A DNA stretch of 64,000 nucleotides. It comes from Thermoanaerobaculia bacterium (GTDB taxonomy: Bacteria; Acidobacteriota; Thermoanaerobaculia; UBA5066). Shown piece after piece: positions 57,153 through 64,000 of the stretch (position 1 is the stretch's first letter; every line of letters begins with the position of its first letter). The position numbers were made by a program, and so were the translations under genes. The notes beneath the pieces are model-generated. The model was not told where the DNA came from and made no database searches. It worked only from the letters and a program-made list of their open reading frames with translations. The stretch lies in NCBI GenBank assembly GCA_963719225.1, contig CAVRAY010000001.1, forward strand, positions 192,001-256,000, given 5' to 3'.

Positions 57153-59150
57153 ATGATGAAGCACGGGAGCAAGACTCTTTTCCTTTCTCTTTTTCTTCTT
57201 GGAATTGCCGCGTTGGCGGCGCGCGCCGAGACGCCCGAGCAGGCGCGAGGGAAGAAGCAGGCCGCCGCGCTGTGGCGCGCGGCCGACGGGGACGCGGCGG
57301 CCTTCGAGGCGTTCGCGAAGGCGAACACCGCGCCCGATGCCGCGACGCGCGACGCCATGTTCATGCGTCTTTCGGCCGCGCTCGTCTCGCTAGAGGGGCA
57401 CATGGACGAGGCGACCCGCGATCTGAGAATGCACGTGGACCTCGACCGGGGACCGATACAGCCGTTCGACGAGGCGCTCGCGGCGTATTACCCCGGCGCT
57501 CACCTCACCGACGACCTTTTCGAGAACAAGCTCGCCTTCACGACTCTCCTCAACTTCCCCGTGTACACGCTCGACGAGAAGCTCCGCCTCGGCCCGAAGT
57601 GGACGCGCCGCCAGTGGGCGGAGGCGCGTCTCGCCGACCGGTTCGCGCGCCGTGTTCCGGCCAGCGTGAACCTCGCGATCGCGAAGGCTTATTCGGACTC
57701 GCAGCAGTACATCGCCTCGTACAACATCTGGATGCACCATCTCGTGGACGACAAGGGCGCCCGCCTCTTCCCCGCGAAGATGCGGCTTCTCTCGCACTGG
57801 AACCTGCGCGACGAGCTCAAGTCCGATTACGCCGACCGCGAGCAGGGGCCCGCGAAGCAGCGCGCGATCCGCAAGGTCATGGAGCGCATCGTCGATCAGA
57901 CGATCCCCTTGGCCGTCCTCGACAACCCAGGGGTGGACTGGAATCCGTTCACCAACGAGGTCAGGAAAGCGGCCGTCAAGGACTCGGACCTGCCGGAGAA
58001 GCCGGCCCCTTCCGGTCCCGAGCCCGACTCGCGTTACGCGGTCCTCCTCGCCGATTTTCGCGCCGTGAGGCAGGCCGATCCCTACTCGCCGACGGCGCCC
58101 ACGTTCATCGCGCGGAAGTTCGAGGAAGGCCGCCAGATCCCCGAAGCGCGCGTTCGGAAGATGCTCGAGGACGTCCTTTCCTCGCCGCTCGTGCCGAAAG
58201 TCGCGGCGCTCATCGAGAAGCGCCTCGGGCGGAAGCTCTCGCCCGTCGACGTCTGGTATTCCGGCTTCCGGCCGCAGCCGGAAAAATCCGGTGCTGAGCT
58301 CGACGCCGTCGTCCGGGCGAAATACCCGACGCCCGAGGCGTACGCAAAGGACATCCCGAACCTTCTCGCCAAGCTCGGCTTCTCGAAGGAGAAGGCCGAA
58401 TTCGTCGCGTCTCGCATGGAGGTGCATCCGGCGCGCGGTTCCGGCCACGCCTCAGGCGCAGAGCTGAAGGGCTACAAGTCGTACCTGAGGACGCGCGTCG
58501 AGAAGGACGGGATGAACTACAAGGGCTACAACATCGCCGTCCACGAGATGGGTCACAACGTGGAGCAGACGTTCTCTCTCTACGAGATCGACGAGCCCCT
58601 GCTGAAAGGCGTGCCGAACACGGCTTTCACCGAAGCGCTCGCATTCGTCTTCCAGGGGCACGACCTCGAGCTCCTCGGTCTCGCGAAGCCGTCGGAGAAG
58701 GCTCTCGCGGAAAAGACGCTCGACGCGTTCTGGGGCACGTACGAGATCGCCGGCGTCGGCCTCGTCGACATGGGCGTCTGGCATTTCATGTACGAGCACC
58801 CCGACGCGACGCCCGCCCAGCTGAAGGCGGCGACGCTCGCGATCGCGCGCGACGTCTGGAACCGTTTCTTCGCCCCAGTTCTCGGCGAGAAGGACGTCAC
58901 GCTCCTCGCGATCTACTCGCACATGATCGACGCGTTCCTGTATCTGCCCGACTACTCGATCGGTCACATGATCGCGTTCCAGGTGGAGCGGCAGATGGAG
59001 AAGGCGGGAGCGATCGGCCCCGAGTTCGAGCGCATGGCGAAGCTGGGAAACATCGCGCCGGATCTCTGGATGACCCAGGCCGCGGGCGCGCCCGTCGGCC
59101 CCGAGGCGCTTCTCGCCGAGACGGAAAAAGCCCTTTCGACGATCCGTTGA
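57153..59150 (+). CDS. Secreted gluzincin-like metallopeptidase (M2/M3-like)
   Basis: Signal peptide; HEMGH followed about 24 aa later by NTAFTEALA; later H..Y..Y motif. Confidence 0.65.
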   Translation: MMKHGSKTLFLSLFLLGIAALAARAETPEQARGKKQAAALWRAADGDAAAFEAFAKANTAPDAATRDAMFMRLSAALVSLEGHMDEATRDLRMHVDLDRGPIQPFDEALAAYYPGAHLTDDLFENKLAFTTLLNFPVYTLDEKLRLGPKWTRRQWAEARLADRFARRVPASVNLAIAKAYSDSQQYIASYNIWMHHLVDDKGARLFPAKMRLLSHWNLRDELKSDYADREQGPAKQRAIRKVMERIVDQTIPLAVLDNPGVDWNPFTNEVRKAAVKDSDLPEKPAPSGPEPDSRYAVLLADFRAVRQADPYSPTAPTFIARKFEEGRQIPEARVRKMLEDVLSSPLVPKVAALIEKRLGRKLSPVDVWYSGFRPQPEKSGAELDAVVRAKYPTPEAYAKDIPNLLAKLGFSKEKAEFVASRMEVHPARGSGHASGAELKGYKSYLRTRVEKDGMNYKGYNIAVHEMGHNVEQTFSLYEIDEPLLKGVPNTAFTEALAFVFQGHDLELLGLAKPSEKALAEKTLDAFWGTYEIAGVGLVDMGVWHFMYEHPDATPAQLKAATLAIARDVWNRFFAPVLGEKDVTLLAIYSHMIDAFLYLPDYSIGHMIAFQVERQMEKAGAIGPEFERMAKLGNIAPDLWMTQAAGAPVGPEALLAETEKALSTIR

Positions 59151-59186
59151 CGCAACTTCAGAGCCTCGGCGCCGTATAGTTCCCCC

Positions 59187-60521
59187 ATGAGAATGACTTC
59201 CTCGACGGCGATCATCACGGCGCTCCTCGCGGCTTCTGCTTCCTCGTTCGCGTCCACGACGAAAGAAGCTGCAAAAGAAGTCCTGCCCTTCATCGCGGAC
59301 GACTACCCGAAGGCCCTCGCGCTCGCGCGCGCCGAGAAGAAGCCGATCTTCCTGGAGACCTGGGCGCCCTGGTGACACTCCTGCCGTGCCATGAGGGCCT
59401 TCGTCTTCACGGACAAGGCTCTCGGGCGGCAGGCCGGACGGTTCGTCTGGCTCTCCATCAACACCGAAAAGCGCGAGAACGCGGCCGTCCTCGCGAAATA
59501 CCCGATCCAGGCCTCGCCCACGCTTTTCGTGCTCGATCCCGTGGCCGAGAAGATCGTCCTCAAGTACGTCGGTGCCGCGACGGTGCCGCAGCTCCAGCGC
59601 ATCCTCGACGATGGCGCACGCGCCGCGGGCCACGGCCGAAAGCCCGACGAGTGGCTCGCGAAGGCGGACGCTTTCTATTCGGCCGGCCAGAACAAGGAAG
59701 CGGCCGAGGCCTATCGCGCGGCCCTGAAGGGCATGGCGCCTTCCTCGCCGTCGTACCCGCGCACCGCCGAGTCGCTCCTCTTCGTGCTTTCCGCGAGCCG
59801 CCAGCACGAGGCGTGCGTCGAGGTCGCGCGCGAAGCGTTCCCGCACCTGAGAACGTCGCCGTCCGCCGCAAACGTCGCGGCTTCGGGCCTCGACTGCGCG
59901 CTCACGCTCGACAAGAAGCTGCCCGCGAGGTCCGCGCTCGTCTCCGAATTCACGGCCGACGCGGAACAGGTCCTGAGCGGGCGGCGCGCAGGCCTCGCGG
60001 TCGATGACGTCTCGTCGCTGTATCTGACGCTCGCCGGCGCGCGCGGGGACGCGGGCGACGAGAGCGGAAAGAGGAAGACGCTCGAGGAATTGGCGTCGTA
60101 TCTGGAAGGCGAGGCCGCGAAGGCGAAGACCGCCGAAGGCCGCGCCGCGTTCGACGCGCACCGCATCACGGCATACCTCGAGCTGGGCCAGCCCCAGCGG
60201 GGAATCGCGATGCTCGAGGCCTCCGAGCGCGACTTTCCCGACGACTACAACCCGCCCGCCCGCCTCGCCCTCGCCTATCGGGCCATGAAGAAGTACGACG
60301 AGGCCCTCGCGGCTTCCGACCGCGCGCTCCAGCGCTCCTATGGTCCGCGGAAGCTCGTCATTCTGCAGGCGCGCGCCCGCATCTACGCGGACAAGGGAGA
60401 TCCCCAGGCGGCGAGAAGGACCCTCGAAGAGGCCCTCGCGTGGGCCGAGGCGCTCCCGAAGGAACAGGTGTCCGAGCGGCAGGTCGCCGCGCTCAAGAAA
60501 CAGCTCGAAGCGCCCAAGTAG
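59187..60521 (+). CDS. Probable selenoprotein: exported thioredoxin-fold (WUHSC) plus TPR protein (in-frame TGA 59373-59375)
   Basis: ORFs 59187-59375 and 59391-60521 share a frame. Read-through gives AL..ARAEKKPIFLETWAPW-U-HSC-RAM, then PTLFVLD and TPR helices. Confidence 0.85.
59393..59423 (+). promoter_or_regulatory. Candidate SECIS-like hairpin
   Basis: GAGGGCCUU/AAGGCUCUC 9-bp stem, bulged C, GUC/GAC, loop UUCACG, starting 17 nt after UGA; loop lacks the usual 5' G. Confidence 0.4.
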
Positions 60522-60547
60522 AATCGGTCCGGCCTGACGGAGGCTCC

Positions 60548-61879
60548 ATGCGGTGGATCCCTCGCGCGATCGTTCCGGCGTTGGTGCTCTTCGCGCCTGT
60601 GGCATTCGCGCAGGATTCGCTGCTCGGGCAGAACGCGCTCGCGACCGAGTCCGGCCGCTTCCGCCTCAAGGCGGAAGTGAAAATGAACGCGCGGACGTCG
60701 ACCGCGATCGAGTTCCCGGTCGCGAACACGGGGACGCCGTTTCCTGTCGTCCTCGAGACCGTCTCCCCGCACACGTCCGCGGAGATCTCGAACATCGCTC
60801 TCACGGCCGAGGGCGACCTCACGCCCGACATCCTCGCCAGGATCGTCATCCACTTCCTCGACCTCTACAACCGCAATCCCACGTCCAGCTCCGACCGCAT
60901 CTTTCTGCGCGAGGCCTTCGTGCGTTTCGGGAAGAAGTGGGACGCGTTGAAGGAGATGCCCGGCACCAGCGTCTATCTCGAGCTCGGCAAGGAGCCGCGT
61001 TTCGCCAAGCAGATCACCCGGCGTCTCGAGAGCTACGGCCTGTGGGGCACGGCCGTGAACCGCTTCGAGGAGACGGGGGCCGAAGCGGGCGGCTCGTTCG
61101 GGCCCCACCTCTACTGGCGCGCGAGCGCCACCGGCGGCACGCCTCTCTACTTCCGCGACACGAACGCGCTGGCGGGAGACAACGGAACGCCCGAGCGCAC
61201 CGTCGGCTCCACGGTTCCGGTGGTCTTCGGCTCGGGAATCCCGATCCTCTACGACACGATGGCGACGGACGTGAGCTTTTCGGGGCGCTTTCAGCTCGGC
61301 GGCGGCGTGGGGCTGCGCTTCAACTGGGGCGAGAGCCGGCGGGACGGAGTGGACCTTCTCGGCTGGTACTTCCGGCGCGACCTCGCCGAGTACGTCCCGC
61401 TGCGGGGCACCTTCTACTCGGGTGATCTCGAGGTCCTGGAGGGTTTCAACAACCCCCTGCCCTTTCAGGGAACGGAGAAGTACGAGTACGGCGTCAACCT
61501 CGAGGCGCGCTTCGGGCCCGTGCACCTCTTCGGGCAGGGCGTCAAGCAGTCCATCGCCGGCCTCGAGCGCGAAGGTTACGAGGTCGAAGCCTCCGTGCGA
61601 ATCGCGCTCCCGGGCCTCTTCGCTTCCGGCGACCAGGCCGTCGTCAACTGGATCGAGCCTGCCGTGCGCGTCTCGTACATCGACAACCTCTTCGACCTGC
61701 CGGCCGGCTTCGTGGCGCCGTCCTTCGGATGGGACTGGCGCAAGTACGATTACGGCTTCCGCCTGGGCATCTTGCGCGGCCTCGATCTGACCGTGGAATA
61801 TTCCCGCCACGAGTCCACGACGCGCAGAGGGGTCCTCCACCCGGACGAAGGCCTCCTGACGCTCCGCGCCGCTTTCTGA
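60548..61879 (+). CDS. Outer-membrane beta-barrel (porin-like) protein
   Basis: Signal peptide; LREAFV, alternating beta-strands, C-terminal Phe; SD GGAGG. Confidence 0.7.
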   Translation: MRWIPRAIVPALVLFAPVAFAQDSLLGQNALATESGRFRLKAEVKMNARTSTAIEFPVANTGTPFPVVLETVSPHTSAEISNIALTAEGDLTPDILARIVIHFLDLYNRNPTSSSDRIFLREAFVRFGKKWDALKEMPGTSVYLELGKEPRFAKQITRRLESYGLWGTAVNRFEETGAEAGGSFGPHLYWRASATGGTPLYFRDTNALAGDNGTPERTVGSTVPVVFGSGIPILYDTMATDVSFSGRFQLGGGVGLRFNWGESRRDGVDLLGWYFRRDLAEYVPLRGTFYSGDLEVLEGFNNPLPFQGTEKYEYGVNLEARFGPVHLFGQGVKQSIAGLEREGYEVEASVRIALPGLFASGDQAVVNWIEPAVRVSYIDNLFDLPAGFVAPSFGWDWRKYDYGFRLGILRGLDLTVEYSRHESTTRRGVLHPDEGLLTLRAAF

Positions 61880-61974
61880 CTCGGCTCCGAGCGCTCGCGG
61901 GGCTGGAATGCCACCGCGGGCGCATAATCGTGCAACCAGATCGCGCAAGATTCCGCGTCTTTCAGGAGTAGAGG

Positions 61975-62781
61975 ATGAAGTATTCCCTTCGTCTCCTTTC
62001 GCTCGCGGCCGCCGGCGTCCTCGCGGCGGGACTCGCCGGTTCCGCGCGCGCCGAATCCGGCCGGCGCGCGGCCGCCCTGGTCGGAAACAGCTACGTTTTC
62101 CCGTCCGTCGCGAACACGCAGGGGCTTTTCAACGCGTTCTTCAAGACGAAAGTCACGCTCTACAACCCCAACACGTTCGACGTCGTCGTCCAGGCGCAGC
62201 TCACGACGACGGCCGGCTCCCCGCTCCCGCAGAACATCCCGCTCGCGGCGGGAGGGTTCCGGCGCTGGGACAACTTCCTTCAGGACGTCTTCGGCTTCAC
62301 CGGCGGCGGCGGCCTCATCTTCACGGAGGCGTCGTCGCACGTCTTCATCGCGGTCGTCGAGGTCTACGTCGACGGCCCGAACGGCCGTTTCACGACCCCC
62401 GTCACGGGACTTCTCCCCGACGACGCGATTCTCCCGTCCTCTCTGGCGACGGGCGCGATCTTCGTGGCGCCGGGCATCCAGAACAACGCCGGCAACCGGG
62501 CGAACTTCGGCTGCCTGAGCCTCGCGCCCATCGCCTCGACGGTGCGCATCGACTTCCACGCGTTCACGAACGACGAGCACACGGTCACGACCACGACGAT
62601 CAACCTGCAGTCCTTCGCGTGGCAGCAGCAGGCCGTTCCGATCTCGGGCGACGACATCATCGCGGTCTTCGGCCTGACCACGGACGACCCCTCTCTCGTC
62701 GCGTACTGCTATGCCGTCAACGTCAACAACGCCTCGAACGACGGCAACAGCATCGTCGCCCGGCGGTCCCCGCCGAAGTAG
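61975..62781 (+). CDS. Secreted protein consisting of a single copy of the DNxTxD-type module
   Basis: Signal peptide; FPSVANTQG.FNAFFKTKVTLYNP, RANFG, VNNASND. Confidence 0.7.
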   Translation: MKYSLRLLSLAAAGVLAAGLAGSARAESGRRAAALVGNSYVFPSVANTQGLFNAFFKTKVTLYNPNTFDVVVQAQLTTTAGSPLPQNIPLAAGGFRRWDNFLQDVFGFTGGGGLIFTEASSHVFIAVVEVYVDGPNGRFTTPVTGLLPDDAILPSSLATGAIFVAPGIQNNAGNRANFGCLSLAPIASTVRIDFHAFTNDEHTVTTTTINLQSFAWQQQAVPISGDDIIAVFGLTTDDPSLVAYCYAVNVNNASNDGNSIVARRSPPK

Positions 62782-62856
62782 CGTCTCGAAGCCGGCTTCT
62801 GGCGCCGATCTTGCGACATTCGAGCTGCGAGGTTCGAACTCGCAGGACGGTGACTC

Positions 62857-63552
62857 ATGCTGGCGAAAAAAATTACAAACGAACGGCGCGTTTACAAAGA
62901 CGTGATGAAAGTCCCCTCGGGTGAAATCGAGCTGCCGGCGGAGATTTCAGTCCCCGAGCTCGCCGACGGGATCGTGGTTTTCTGTCATGGCAACCGGAAC
63001 CGGCGGCACGGCTCCGCGAACCGGGCCGTAGCCGAGAGCCTGGTGCAGGAAGGAACCGCCGCGGCGGTGTGCAATCTGCTCACGCCCGCGGAGGAGAAGC
63101 TCGACGAGCACATCGCGGGCCCGCGATTCGACATCAAGTCCCTCGCGGGGCGCCTCGCGGATCTCACCGACTCCCTCCTGAAGGACGCGAGAACGCGCCA
63201 CCTTCAGATCGCCTACTTCGGTGCGTCGACGGCCGCCGCCGCGGCTCTCGTGGCCGCCGCGGCACGGCCGCTCGTCGTGAGGGCGGTCGTGTCGTTCGGC
63301 GGGCTGCCTCATCTCGCCGGGAAGGCCCTGCCGGAGGTCGAGGCTCCGACGCTTCTCCTCGTCGGCGAGCACGACTGGCAGATCATGGATGGGAATCGGG
63401 AGGCGCTCGCCAGGCTCCGCGCACCGAAGTCGCTTCAGCTCGTTCCCGGCGGGACGCACCTGTTCGCGGCGCCGAGCGCCCTCGCGGAGGCCTCGCGTCT
63501 CGCGTGTGACTGGTTCCGGCACTACCTGAGCCTCGTGAGCGTGACGGCCTGA
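62857..63552 (+). CDS. Alpha/beta hydrolase, dienelactone-hydrolase-like
   Basis: VVFCHG, YFGASTA, AVVS.GG, PTLLLVGEHD, VPGGTHLF. Confidence 0.8.
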   Translation: MLAKKITNERRVYKDVMKVPSGEIELPAEISVPELADGIVVFCHGNRNRRHGSANRAVAESLVQEGTAAAVCNLLTPAEEKLDEHIAGPRFDIKSLAGRLADLTDSLLKDARTRHLQIAYFGASTAAAAALVAAAARPLVVRAVVSFGGLPHLAGKALPEVEAPTLLLVGEHDWQIMDGNREALARLRAPKSLQLVPGGTHLFAAPSALAEASRLACDWFRHYLSLVSVTA

Positions 63553-63595
63553 AGCGGCGTCGACCAGGCGATTACAGGACCGCGCCGATGTGCGC

Positions 63596-63601
63596 TATAC
63601 T
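63596..63601 (+). promoter_or_regulatory. Putative -10 box TATACT upstream of RRM gene
   Basis: Near-consensus hexamer in an intergenic region about 135 nt before the ATG. Confidence 0.45.
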
Positions 63602-63736
63602 TCTTGGGTTCGCCTTCCTCGTACTGACGGAGCGGACCGAAGACCGAAAGGTCCCCGTCGACCATATTACGTACTTCTCCCCACCATCTGCCAGCCGCAC
63701 GCGTCCCTCGGACGACGTGTTTACCAAAGGATCCCC

Positions 63737-64000
63737 ATGAAGCTCTACGTTGGAAACCTGTCTTATTCCGTCAACGATTCCACTCTCCGCGCCCTGTTCG
63801 AGCCCTTCGGCAACATCGAGTCCGCGCGCGTCATTTCCGACCGCGACACCGGCAGCTCGAAGGGCTTCGGCTTCGTCGAGATGTCGGACGACGACGCCCA
63901 GAAGGCGATGGGCGCCCTGAACGGCCGCGACAACGACGGCCGCGCCCTCAAGGTGAACGAGGCCAAGCCCCAGGAGAACCGCGGCGGCGGCGGTGGCTAC
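63737..64000 (+). CDS. RRM RNA-binding protein (Rbp-type, Gly-rich tail); 3' truncated; absent from ORF track
   Basis: Translated by hand: MKLYVGNLSY (RNP2) ... DRDTGSSKGFGFVEM (RNP1) ... LKVNEAKP..GGGG. Confidence 0.93.
   Translation, partial: MKLYVGNLSYSVNDSTLRALFEPFGNIESARVISDRDTGSSKGFGFVEMSDDDAQKAMGALNGRDNDGRALKVNEAKPQENRGGGGGY

Noticed and set aside
53858-58297. 1479-aa ORF and many other long Arg/Gly/Ala-rich ORFs in the track (e.g. 10344-12986, 19667-22285, 27018-29849, 32796-35468)
   Set aside because: Shadow frames of high-GC genes; they overlap well-supported CDSs and show no recognisable motifs.
62825-62845. CTGCGAGGTTCGAACTCGCAG, resembling a tRNA T-loop
   Set aside because: No cloverleaf, acceptor stem or correct T-stem register; it is a simple 7-bp hairpin without a U-tract.

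Overview
High-GC bacterial window with about 50 protein-coding genes. No rRNA, tRNA, CRISPR array or transposase was recognised. Gene content (many Hanks kinases, repeated extracellular modules ending in D-N-x-T-N-D-like motifs) suggests Acidobacteriota, possibly Thermoanaerobaculia; this is inference only. From left to right: the tail of an ABC transporter (binding protein fused to OmpA) with a 2-TM coiled-coil protein and a Cdc48/Vps4-like AAA ATPase; NRDE, BON and Ca2+/H+ exchanger genes; an acyl-CoA degradation operon; a Ser/Thr-kinase-rich signalling region; housekeeping genes; large secreted proteins; a ~13 kb convergent tailoring cluster; then surface, peptidase and porin genes and an RRM protein. 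The tailoring cluster holds 2 B12-radical SAM enzymes, 3 methyltransferases, an amidohydrolase, an HprK-like kinase, a nucleotidyltransferase and a membrane sulfatase-like enzyme, centred on an inverted duplication of [small Gly/aromatic pentapeptide-repeat protein + GT-A enzyme]. Highlights: (1) that cluster, a candidate undescribed peptide/surface-modification system; (2) two thioredoxin-fold genes split by in-frame TGA exactly at the first position of CxxC, i.e. probable selenoproteins missed by the ORF track; (3) a dispersed AT-rich motif (GAAGATTTCTTRGAARG) in convergent pairs, including inside genes; (4) a duplicated promoter/RBS/signal-peptide module on two unrelated genes. All family assignments come from motif recognition, not database searches.
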